A DNA stretch of 64,000 nucleotides, from contig CAYUOR010000003.1 in NCBI GenBank assembly GCA_964446535.1, forward strand, positions 14,871 to 78,870, written 5' to 3'. A program made the position numbers and the translations under genes. How positions within the stretch are numbered: the first letter of the stretch is position 1; each line of letters starts with the position of its first letter. The DNA comes from an uncultured Candidatus Saccharibacteria bacterium. Lineage in GTDB: Bacteria; Patescibacteriota; Minisyncoccia; Phycocordibacterales; Zambryskibacteraceae. This document shows positions 17,688 to 26,223 of this stretch, piece after piece. A model generated the notes under the pieces. It worked only from the letters and a program-made list of their open reading frames with translations, did not search any database and had not been told where the DNA came from.

Positions 17688-18245
17688 ATGCGAAGGATTA
17701 TCTTGTTAATTATCATTGTCCTGGCAGTTGGTACTATTTTTTATCTGGATAAAAAAGATTCGCCGGAGAAGCTTGGAGACAAAAAGTATCAGTCAGAAAG
17801 CTTTGGCTTAGAGTTCTCTTATCCTGATAACTACTTTATCGGCTTCGAAGATAGTTTTGAGGGAGAAAGAAATCAGCATTTCGTAGTTCTGGCAGAAGAT
17901 ACTACAGAAAACCGCCGAGTCTTTGCCGGAGAGGAGCCTGGGCGGGAAGGTCCCCCCACTATTACTGTCGCAATTTATCAAAATAATTTAGACAATTATA
18001 CTGCGGAGAGGTTTATCAAAGATACATCTTTTTCAAACTTCAAACTCTCTGACGGAACATTATCGGAGGTAACGGTGGGAAGTGAAAAGGGTTTGCGCTA
18101 CCGCGCCACAGGACTCTACGAAAATGAAAACGTTGTTGTCGCTCGCCCAAACTATGTTTACATGTTCACCGCCTTTTTCCTCACTCCAGAGGACGAGATC
18201 ATGAAAAACTTTGGATCACTTCTGTCATCTGTAAAATTTGATTAG
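17688..18245 (+). CDS. Membrane-anchored extracellular protein (PsbP-like fold possible)
   Basis: N-terminal TM, Y.SESFGLEFSYP, ends LLSSVKF. Confidence 0.75.
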   Translation: MRRIILLIIIVLAVGTIFYLDKKDSPEKLGDKKYQSESFGLEFSYPDNYFIGFEDSFEGERNQHFVVLAEDTTENRRVFAGEEPGREGPPTITVAIYQNNLDNYTAERFIKDTSFSNFKLSDGTLSEVTVGSEKGLRYRATGLYENENVVVARPNYVYMFTAFFLTPEDEIMKNFGSLLSSVKFD

Positions 18246-18290
18246 AAGAGCCATTTGAGCTAATATCCTGGTTAGCTCTTTTCAAAGGGG

Positions 18291-18512
18291 GTGAGAATGA
18301 ACGAGGAATCACGACGGATCATTGTTCACGGGCTCATGAGTGGCTTGCCGCTCTGCGGGTTCACCAGGGAACTCCCCGTCGACTGGCCTTCAGGACACGA
18401 GTGGGTGGACCACCAGCACGTGGACTACATCACCTGCCCAAAGTGCAGAGCGGATACGGAGAGCATCCTGCTCAATCCGACTCTCGCGGTCCCACTCAAG
18501 CAGTCAGCTTGA
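18291..18512 (+). CDS. Small putative zinc-binding protein (true start may be 18297)
   Basis: H..LCG..ITCPKC; boxA-like motif and GGGGGTGA SD; terminator at 18532-18556. Confidence 0.65.
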   Translation: MRMNEESRRIIVHGLMSGLPLCGFTRELPVDWPSGHEWVDHQHVDYITCPKCRADTESILLNPTLAVPLKQSA

Positions 18513-18574
18513 CTACTCTCGTTGAAGTTATAGCCGCCACGCGTTGGCGGCTTTTCTTTTGCTAGAATGTCTTT

Positions 18575-18877
18575 ATGAATAAAAAGGTTTTCAAAATGAG
18601 GGCTGAGGTCATTCTCTACCCTGGGATGGCTGGCTGGCACATGATTTATCTTCCGAAAAAAGAAGCTGGGGTGATAAAAAAAAGCTTTGGAGCACTACAC
18701 CGCGGTTGGGGTTCACTCCCCGTCCTCGCGACTCTCGGTAAAACCAGATGGAGGACTTCAATATTTTTTGATAAACGAAACGACACATATATTCTGCCAC
18801 TGAAAACCGAAGTGAGGAAAAAGGAGGGTGTTTTTGCCAGGGATCAGGTTCAATTTACTCTCGAGATAAAACCCTGA
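18575..18877 (+). CDS. DUF1905 family protein
   Basis: GWH..LP..RGWGSLPV.AT.G.T.W.TSIF..YILPLK..VRK.EG. Confidence 0.85.
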   Translation: MNKKVFKMRAEVILYPGMAGWHMIYLPKKEAGVIKKSFGALHRGWGSLPVLATLGKTRWRTSIFFDKRNDTYILPLKTEVRKKEGVFARDQVQFTLEIKP

Positions 18878-18959
18878 AAAATTTTGATTATTTTGTGGCA
18901 ATAATATAGTATGCACGACGGACTTCGGGCTCTTTTCCAAAACCACCAAGGAGCCACCT

Positions 18960-19652
18960 GTGACCGCGAAAAACATAGTAGCAACACGCAGAAAGCGGGC
19001 GGAAGAGAAAAAGGATCATGCCGCAACCCAGAGGATGGGGCTTGAATACCAGTCTGATTCCGCCATCCAGCACGGTATCTTGCACAAAGCAAGAATCATC
19101 TACTACCCGACCCCTCCGCACCCGGAGGTCGGCGGAGATAGCGAGGGTGTGGTCAATATCGGTTCAACGCGAGTATTCATCAACGCAATGAATCTCATCG
19201 AGAGCTACTCGAAACCGAAAGCCGAGATTCGGGTCATCATCAATTGTCTCGGCGGGGACGAGTATCAGGGCATGGCGGTATACGACACTATCCGTCAATC
19301 AAAGCACCCCGTCATGATTGAAGGCAGAGGACAGATCATGAGCATGGGGGTTTTTATCCTCCAAGCAGGTGCCCGTCGATTGCTCTCGGAAAATGCGAGG
19401 CTCATGGTACACGTCGGAACTTGGGGTGATGCGGGAGAAATGCACTCCACAGACCACGCGAGGAATGCGCGAGAAGGAGTAAGACTCAAGAACATCTACC
19501 GTGATGTTCTTTGGAAAAGAATTAAAGAAAAACATCCTGACTACTCGCTTGAACAAATAAAAAATCTTATCAAGCACGATAAATACCTCTCTGCAACCGA
19601 GGCGGTGGAACTCGGTCTGGCAGACGAAATCATCCAACCCGCTCAGAAATGA
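18960..19652 (+). CDS. ClpP-like serine protease (divergent)
   Basis: INCLGGD..GMAVYD, GQIMSMG, LMVH, DKYLSATEAVELGLAD. Confidence 0.88.
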   Translation: MTAKNIVATRRKRAEEKKDHAATQRMGLEYQSDSAIQHGILHKARIIYYPTPPHPEVGGDSEGVVNIGSTRVFINAMNLIESYSKPKAEIRVIINCLGGDEYQGMAVYDTIRQSKHPVMIEGRGQIMSMGVFILQAGARRLLSENARLMVHVGTWGDAGEMHSTDHARNAREGVRLKNIYRDVLWKRIKEKHPDYSLEQIKNLIKHDKYLSATEAVELGLADEIIQPAQK

Positions 19653-19665
19653 GCGGGTTTTCTTT
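19636..19665 (+). terminator. Intrinsic terminator overlapping the stop codon
   Basis: AACCCGCTCA-GAAA-TGAGCGGGTT followed by TTCTTT. Confidence 0.75.
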
Positions 19666-21449
19666 TAACCGAAAGTGAAGGCAAAAAATGAAGCGCCGCT
19701 CCCTCGAATACGAAGTTCAAGAGAGTGCTCGCTGGAATTGTTGTTTTTAATAAGTTTGTAAAGTCGACTCTCTTTTATTGTAACTATTCCGTTTTTGACA
19801 TCGGCACCTGCCTCGGTCGTGACAAGTTTTCCGTCCTGCCAGACTTCTACTTCTATCGGCGCGGTAGCGTTGGCTACGATATAGACTTCCTTGGCGTGAT
19901 AGCGGTAGAGAATTTTGGCCTCGCCAAGAGTCTGGGCCGACTCCGGTCCTATGTTCCAAGTTCCGCCGAGGTATAAAATGTTTGGAAAAGGCGTAATAGG
20001 AAGAGTAAATTTTTGTTCGCCGGACCGGCCGCTAGTGCCGTTTCCAAGAAACTCATTCCTAAAAAAACCAAAATAAGTTTCGGGACTTCTAGCGGTAGTC
20101 ACCTGTTTGGGGATACTCTCTGCGACCAGGGTTCCGCCCATATCAAACGCGGCCCGCTCGCCAAGGACTTTGGCGCGTTCTTCAAGAAGTATTTTAATGC
20201 GTTTTTCCGTTTCTTCGTAAGCACCCTCGCCGATGTGGTCATAGACAACATTGCCATAGATATCTATTAAATATTTTCTCGGCCAATATCGATTACCATA
20301 AGCGTTCCAGGTACCGTAATCGTTGTCCAGGACGACAGGATAAGTAATGCCGAATTCTGCCATGGCTTTCTCAACATTACTTTTATCGCGTTCAAAGGCG
20401 AATTCCGGCGTGTGAATACCGATGATGATAAAACCGTCATCCTTGTAGCGCTCATACCAGGACACAAGATAAGGGAAAGTGCGTTGGCAGTTGATACAGG
20501 AGTAGGTCATGATATCAAGGAGAATCACTTTTTCGCCGACGTAGTCAGAAATTTTTATTGGAAGATTGTCGGTGTTCACAAAGCCGGCGGGTCTGGCAAT
20601 TTCTTTGAACGGTACGCCCTTTGGCTTAGGTGCTGGCGCAACAGCCGATTTTTCTTCAGCCGTGTCAGACTTTTCTAGGACTTCTTCACTTGAGCTGGTT
20701 TCAACTTCCAGGCGCTCCTCTTCCCTATCAAGGCGCTCCAGAAGTCGATTTTCTATTTTTGTGACGTCAAAGAATCCACTATCAAGAATTGCGACCTCTA
20801 ACTTCTTCTCATAACCAAGAGCAATTAAAATACCTAGCGCAATAAAAATAACACCTATGAAGCGACGGAGCTTGCTTTTGGGGTCGGTGATTACGGCAAG
20901 GCGCGAAGCAAAGCGTTCACCTAAAAGAGCAATCAATAGAAGTGCCAAGGAAAGGCCGAGCGTATAGGCAAGAAGGTATGCTGAACCGAGAAGAAAACTT
21001 GCCGGTAAAACAGAGGCGAGAATTACAAAATAGGTCGGTGAGCAGGTTGAGAAAATCGGACCAAGAGAGGCGCCGATGATTACATCGCCCCAAAAAGTTT
21101 TCTTCTGATAGCCCTCGCCCAAGAGCTTGTTTGAGCCGATAGAGAGCCGATTTATGCCTGGGACCTTACTCCAAATATCCGGGAAAAGGAGTGTTAAACC
21201 AAAAAAGAAGATAATACCGCCCGCAAGATACGTCCAAAATTCCGGCGGGACCATGATAAACGCTGTAGATGCCTTGAGGAGATAGGTGAAAACAATTATC
21301 GAGAGCGCAAGCGAGCCCACGACGATATATGGGGTCGCGCGGCTTCGACCCGAGGCAGACGAACCAAGAACTACCGGCAAAAGCGGTAATATGCAAGGCG
21401 CCAAAACTGTTAGAATTCCGGCAAGGAATGAGATTACCAGTAATGTCAT
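19665..21449 (-). CDS. dipZ: DipZ-like CcdA/DsbD-thioredoxin fusion
   Basis: LAPCILPLLP TM domain, YSCINC redoxin, HTPEFAFE, SPETY C-terminal domain. Confidence 0.9.
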   Translation of the reverse strand: MTLLVISFLAGILTVLAPCILPLLPVVLGSSASGRSRATPYIVVGSLALSIIVFTYLLKASTAFIMVPPEFWTYLAGGIIFFFGLTLLFPDIWSKVPGINRLSIGSNKLLGEGYQKKTFWGDVIIGASLGPIFSTCSPTYFVILASVLPASFLLGSAYLLAYTLGLSLALLLIALLGERFASRLAVITDPKSKLRRFIGVIFIALGILIALGYEKKLEVAILDSGFFDVTKIENRLLERLDREEERLEVETSSSEEVLEKSDTAEEKSAVAPAPKPKGVPFKEIARPAGFVNTDNLPIKISDYVGEKVILLDIMTYSCINCQRTFPYLVSWYERYKDDGFIIIGIHTPEFAFERDKSNVEKAMAEFGITYPVVLDNDYGTWNAYGNRYWPRKYLIDIYGNVVYDHIGEGAYEETEKRIKILLEERAKVLGERAAFDMGGTLVAESIPKQVTTARSPETYFGFFRNEFLGNGTSGRSGEQKFTLPITPFPNILYLGGTWNIGPESAQTLGEAKILYRYHAKEVYIVANATAPIEVEVWQDGKLVTTEAGADVKNGIVTIKESRLYKLIKNNNSSEHSLELRIRGSGASFFAFTFG

Positions 21450-21941
21450 CTATTTTAACTTCGACACGATATCAGTCAGATTTGGCGAACCTTGCCATTT
21501 GGCGATTTGGTTTCCCGAAGCATCAACTTGAACAAGTGTGTGCTGGGTAGTAACGCCATATTTTTGCTTAAGAGATGTAGAGTTGTCGTAATCAACCTTG
21601 AGAATCGTTAGGTCACCAGGAAGATTTTTTAAGTTTGAATTAAGGTTTGATTCCAGGGCACGGCATGTCGGGCACCAAGCGGCGTGGAAGAAAAGGACAA
21701 CCTTGCCATCCTCTGCTTTAGCAAGTTTTTCCGGGCTGTAAGTCTCATAAGAACCCTTCTCCATCATTGCCTCGTTCTCAATCATTTTCTCGTCACCCTC
21801 CACCATTTCTTCTTTCTCCATAATCTCCCCCTCCTTTTCCATCATCGCCTCTTTTTCGGCAGATTTTCCGGTGGCGAAGTAAATTCCAAGCCCGGCAAGG
21901 ACCAAAATGATAATAAGAATCAGAATTGGTTTGTTGTTCAT
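21450..21941 (-). CDS. Membrane-anchored thioredoxin
   Basis: FFHAAWCPTC, KYGVTTQHT. Confidence 0.9.
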   Translation of the reverse strand: MNNKPILILIIILVLAGLGIYFATGKSAEKEAMMEKEGEIMEKEEMVEGDEKMIENEAMMEKGSYETYSPEKLAKAEDGKVVLFFHAAWCPTCRALESNLNSNLKNLPGDLTILKVDYDNSTSLKQKYGVTTQHTLVQVDASGNQIAKWQGSPNLTDIVSKLK

Positions 21942-21993
21942 GGTTTTTTGTTAACTTCTCTTAATTAAATTAATTATACTAAGTATAATTTAG

Positions 21994-22013
21994 ATGTAAA
22001 GCTTACTTTACAT
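21994..22013. promoter_or_regulatory. Putative operator, copy 1
   Basis: ATGTAAAG-CTTA-CTTTACAT inverted repeat upstream of the thioredoxin-dipZ operon. Confidence 0.7.
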
Positions 22014-22032
22014 AGGGTGTGGATACCTCTCG

Positions 22033-22395
22033 CTACTTGTAGCGCTCAAAATAGATTCTTGAAACAAGCTTGGCAAGCACCATCACGACGAGAGTTAGGG
22101 CAATCCAGGGATCAATTTCGTGCTGTAGACCTTGCACAACAAGAGCTATGGTCAAAACAGCACTTCCAGAAAGATAGGCAATACGACCGGCATGCATTCT
22201 GTGGAGAAGCTCTCGCTCGTCTCCCCCGCTTTCTTTCATCACGAAAAACGTCCAGACGCACATTATCGCGGCAATTAAAAGCAGAGCTAGGGTAGCGACG
22301 AGTGGCGGCATCCAGTACATAAACGGATCTGTTAGAAGAAGGAGGAGAATAACCAAGGCTATTGCCAGAAAAATGTGGGTTAGATTACTTTTCAT
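22033..22395 (-). CDS. Membrane protein co-transcribed with the XRE regulator
   Basis: 4 TM helices and a DERE motif; overlaps the XRE gene. Confidence 0.8.
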   Translation of the reverse strand: MKSNLTHIFLAIALVILLLLLTDPFMYWMPPLVATLALLLIAAIMCVWTFFVMKESGGDERELLHRMHAGRIAYLSGSAVLTIALVVQGLQHEIDPWIALTLVVMVLAKLVSRIYFERYK

Positions 22396-22597
22396 AAATT
22401 ATTTTAAAAACTTTCTCAACAGGTAGCTTGAAACATTGGGCGATTTTTATAGCAAGTAGAACCGAGGGAGTATAATTGCCTTTTTCTAAAGCAATAATCG
22501 TCTGCCGACTTACCTCAACTCTCTCGGCAAGCTCCTCTTGAGTCAGTTTGGCCTCTGCCCTCAGTTTACCCACCTCATTTTTAATAATATTGCTCAT
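22385..22597 (-). CDS. XRE/Cro-family HTH transcriptional regulator
   Basis: [28 protein letters not shown]. Confidence 0.93.
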   Translation of the reverse strand: MSNIIKNEVGKLRAEAKLTQEELAERVEVSRQTIIALEKGNYTPSVLLAIKIAQCFKLPVEKVFKIIYEK

Positions 22598-22634
22598 AAT
22601 GAAACTTACTTAGTTTAATGCTTAAATACACTTA

Positions 22635-22652
22635 TGTAAAGAGAACTTTACA
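22635..22652. promoter_or_regulatory. Putative operator, copy 2
   Basis: TGTAAAG-AGAA-CTTTACA upstream of the XRE gene. Confidence 0.7.
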
Positions 22653-22696
22653 ACATACTGGATACTAAGTTTAATCTTACCTGTTAGAATAATTGT

Positions 22697-23101
22697 ATGA
22701 AAATATTTATTTCCTACCTGGCTGTCTTATTGCCTTTGGTGACAATTGACGCCATGTGGCTCGGGCTTATAGCAAAAAATTTCTACACGAAACACCTTGG
22801 GTTTCTATTTGGGGAGTCAATAAATCTTGTGCCAGTTATTATTTTCTATCTTATTTATGCGCTGGCCATCCTGGTCTTTGCCGTTCAACCAAGTTTGTCG
22901 ACAGGTCTGTGGACCTTGGCTCTTTGGCGCGGAGCACTCCTTGGTCTTGCGGCATACGCAGCTTACGATCTGACAAACCAAGCCACCATATCTAATTGGC
23001 CGTCTTTGGTGACTGTTGTTGATTTGGCCTGGGGTGTTGTTGTGACGGGATTAGTAAGCGTTATTGCTTTTTTTATTCTAAACAACCTTAAGGGATTATA
23101 A
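22697..23101 (+). CDS. DUF2177 family membrane protein
   Basis: IDAMWLG, AYAAYDLTNQAT..W..VDLAWG. Confidence 0.88.
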   Translation: MKIFISYLAVLLPLVTIDAMWLGLIAKNFYTKHLGFLFGESINLVPVIIFYLIYALAILVFAVQPSLSTGLWTLALWRGALLGLAAYAAYDLTNQATISNWPSLVTVVDLAWGVVVTGLVSVIAFFILNNLKGL

Positions 23102-23136
23102 TTTTCACTTATATTGCCCGATCCAAAGGCGTTTGC

Positions 23137-23649
23137 CTAGCGGGCTACGCAAATTGTTTCCGCATTCGGAAGAGACTCTTCGTTTGCGGCCTCTGGTGCG
23201 CAAACCTGTACTCTACCGTTACCCAAAAGCTCTACAGTATATGGAAGACCTGATGGTACTGGCTCCATCGGTAAGATCGAAATGTAGGTAGGGACTAGAC
23301 AACCCAGGTTTCCGGATATATTACCAAGGTCGGGAGTACCCATGGCTGAAGAAATCGGCGTACTGGAAGCTGGTATTCCATCACAATCATATTGAGTGGC
23401 AGATATTGTAAAGGAACCTTCGAAAACACCTTTGTTGTCCGCCAGGCGTTGGCCGATAGCGTTTAAAATAGCGTTAACATTTGATGAGCGTTGTGTATTT
23501 CTTGCTTGGGCAAACTGTTTTGCCGGATTAATGGCGACTATCACGATGCCGGCAAGAACGGCAATAATGCCAATAACCACAAGAATTTCTATCAGGGTGA
23601 AACCTTTGGTTTGTTTGTAATTAATATTACTGTTTTGCCTGACGCGCAT
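23137..23649 (-). CDS. Type IV pilin (locus 1)
   Basis: KG/FTLIEILVVIGIIAVLA class III signal; start taken at MRVRQ. Confidence 0.9.
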   Translation of the reverse strand: MRVRQNSNINYKQTKGFTLIEILVVIGIIAVLAGIVIVAINPAKQFAQARNTQRSSNVNAILNAIGQRLADNKGVFEGSFTISATQYDCDGIPASSTPISSAMGTPDLGNISGNLGCLVPTYISILPMEPVPSGLPYTVELLGNGRVQVCAPEAANEESLPNAETICVAR

Positions 23650-23719
23650 TAGAGGTAGATCGGTTACTACACAAGCAAGATTATCACGCAAATTCGTGTT
23701 TCGCAATTAGCGGCCGAGG

Positions 23720-25738
23720 TTAAATCTCTTCCCAAGAACCTATAGAAATATTGGACGGAGAAAGAAGCGGAGGTGGAGGGGGTTGAGGAGGAGTAGCGCT
23801 CGCTGAAGGGCCGGCGGCTGGACAAGAAAGTTGGGCTATTGAGTTAAATATATCGGAGAGATAGGAAGAACTTGGTGCGATAAAGAAATAATCTCCATCA
23901 GTATTTTCACTCGCATAACCAGCAGAATTATTGCCGAAGTTATCGTTTGAGCCAGACTGGTGTGCATTGCCGAAATGTGAGTGACTCGGTAGGCCAGAAG
24001 CCGAAACGGAACCAGAAGCAAGGGCAGACAGAAGCTCTTGGCCATAAAAACCAGATGGGTCTGAACCATAAAAAACCGTAAAAATTTCTACCCCACTAAG
24101 TTTGGCGGCGTCGGCAGCATCAAGTGCTGCTTCCGCCGCATTCGGCGGCTCGTCTGGATCGCCGTCAGAAACCAAAAGAAGAACCTTCCTCTTTCCAGAA
24201 AGATGTCTAGGACCGTTAAGCTCAGCCGCCCCAACACTTATGGCATCGGCAAGGTTAGAGCCAACATTACTTGCCGATCCGGTGGCTTCCTCTATGGCAT
24301 CATAAAGATCACCGTCATTGTCGTCTCCGGGATTATCCTCGCCATAAATACGGGAAAGCCAGCCTATGGGCGACCGGCTGTGATAAACACGAACCGACAC
24401 CCAATCCAGAGCATAATCCCGACCGGCACATGAGGGGGCGCCGGTACAGTTCATTGTCAATCTGACTCTAAAATTATTGTTGGAAAAATCGTTAGCTACC
24501 CAAGATCGCCCCCAGAGATCGGAGCTGCTGCCGACCGTATCCGTATGGTAGGAATGTGTTGATTCGTCATTAGAAATTTTTGAAACCCAATTGGCTCCGC
24601 CGTTCCAAGAAATTTCAACAGTGATACTGTTTTCTCCCTCTACTGCCGTGTCGTGATTTTCTTCATCCGCCGGTAGCCACCAATCAAGCCGCACCTCTAT
24701 GCCGGTTATGGTTGTGTTTACAGGAATGGTTATGCCGTAGTTGTAGTAAATGTGTCTGTCACCGGCGCCATTTCTGTTCTCGGCAAAACTTATGCCGTCG
24801 TTGAGGGCGTTGAGAGGATAAAGTTCCAGGCCATCACCATCACCACCAGTTGTTGCGTCTTCTGCTGTTGGGCTAAGGAAACCGGTGCTACTTAAAACTC
24901 CGGGTACAATTTCCGCCTCAATACCGCCAGGTAAATTATCTCCAAACCTACCGATGCCAACTTGTGGAAATGGGTCAGTTGTGGAGGCAAATAAATTAAG
25001 TATGCCCTTGGCTGCAGCTTCCTCGTCAGATCGCGCCGAAGAAGAAAAATTAGATGTTCTATCAAGCATCAAAACAAGATCAGCGCAGTCTGGCGGCTCG
25101 CCAACAGAAATGGGTGCAGAGCAAGAACCAGAACCTCCAGGACCGCTGACAGAGCCCTCATAAGTGGTGCTTCTATCGGGGAAAACAAGTTCCTGCCCGC
25201 TAGTGTTTGGTTGGGGAGAAATAACAGAACCATTTGCGCGATCAGTAATAAAAAATGAGTCAGCATTAGTGGAGGTTGCCCAAGAAAGCCAGGCCGAACC
25301 GCCATCGTCTATATTGTCTGGGCTAATTGAAAGAGCACAGGCGGCCGGTGGTGGCAGGGGTGGTAAAGACGGATCAATAACGGTTGCGTTAGTCACAACA
25401 CTTGAGAAAGAGCCGTTAACTTCTGCCCAGGTTCTTATTTCTCTATTAAAGTCTCCACTCGGAAGAGAAACACTTTCAATGTGGCAAGTGTTTGAACCGA
25501 GAGTAATGACGTCATTGGATGGATTGTAGTAGTAATCCTCTCGAAGGTTTAGAAGTGCTACATTGACACAAGCTTCAGCGAGAGAGAGGGCTTGGCGCTT
25601 GAACTCATTCTGGAGAGCATTTGAGCGTGCGTAAAAAGCCGATGCGCCGGCCGTTACGGTAATAGCAAGAATCACGGCCGAGATTGCAAGAACCGATATA
25701 AGGGCGACGAAGCCGTGATCTTGGTTTTTTAAATTCAT
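23720..25738 (-). CDS. PilX-like pilin fused to a vWA adhesin
   Basis: G/FVALISVL N-terminus without Glu5; DLVLMLDRT and LLLVSDG vWA strands; Pro-rich linkers. Confidence 0.8.
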   Translation of the reverse strand: MNLKNQDHGFVALISVLAISAVILAITVTAGASAFYARSNALQNEFKRQALSLAEACVNVALLNLREDYYYNPSNDVITLGSNTCHIESVSLPSGDFNREIRTWAEVNGSFSSVVTNATVIDPSLPPLPPPAACALSISPDNIDDGGSAWLSWATSTNADSFFITDRANGSVISPQPNTSGQELVFPDRSTTYEGSVSGPGGSGSCSAPISVGEPPDCADLVLMLDRTSNFSSSARSDEEAAAKGILNLFASTTDPFPQVGIGRFGDNLPGGIEAEIVPGVLSSTGFLSPTAEDATTGGDGDGLELYPLNALNDGISFAENRNGAGDRHIYYNYGITIPVNTTITGIEVRLDWWLPADEENHDTAVEGENSITVEISWNGGANWVSKISNDESTHSYHTDTVGSSSDLWGRSWVANDFSNNNFRVRLTMNCTGAPSCAGRDYALDWVSVRVYHSRSPIGWLSRIYGEDNPGDDNDGDLYDAIEEATGSASNVGSNLADAISVGAAELNGPRHLSGKRKVLLLVSDGDPDEPPNAAEAALDAADAAKLSGVEIFTVFYGSDPSGFYGQELLSALASGSVSASGLPSHSHFGNAHQSGSNDNFGNNSAGYASENTDGDYFFIAPSSSYLSDIFNSIAQLSCPAAGPSASATPPQPPPPPLLSPSNISIGSWEEI

Positions 25739-26223
25739 CTGCGTAGATATTTAATAGTCGAGAAATCTTGAGATAGCGATATGCCGTCTGGAGTTCTGGC
25801 GTTTGCGGTAAAGCTTGCTTCGAGACTTTCCGGATTAATGCCGACGCCCGATTCAACAGAGTGCACAAAACTTAAGTTACTTATCCAGACGTTGGTGTTG
25901 TTGAGAATCTCTGGCGTAGTTGTGCCACGAGCAATGCGGAGATTATTATTATTTAGATCAATAATAATCTCTGTACCATCAAAAGTTATTACCGAAAGCG
26001 AGCTTGAAGCACTTACGGGCCAAATAACTTCACTTGTATTTGAAAATACCCAATCAATCTTGGCGGATAAAAATGTGCCTTCTTCTAGAATCATGGCCTT
26101 GGTTTGATTGCGGCTTGAAGTCTGGCTGACACTGTAGACGGAAGTGAGTATCCCCGCCATGATAACTGAAAAGAGGGCGAGATAAATAAGTGTTTCTATC
26201 AGTGTAAAGCCTTTCTTTTTCAT
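25735..26223 (-). CDS. Minor pilin (PilW-like)
   Basis: KG/FTLIETLIYLAL. Confidence 0.85.
   Translation of the reverse strand: MKKKGFTLIETLIYLALFSVIMAGILTSVYSVSQTSSRNQTKAMILEEGTFLSAKIDWVFSNTSEVIWPVSASSSLSVITFDGTEIIIDLNNNNLRIARGTTTPEILNNTNVWISNLSFVHSVESGVGINPESLEASFTANARTPDGISLSQDFSTIKYLRR

Noticed and set aside
21760-21860. Repeated MEK/EMM units in the thioredoxin
   Set aside because: Low-complexity linker, not a DNA repeat array.
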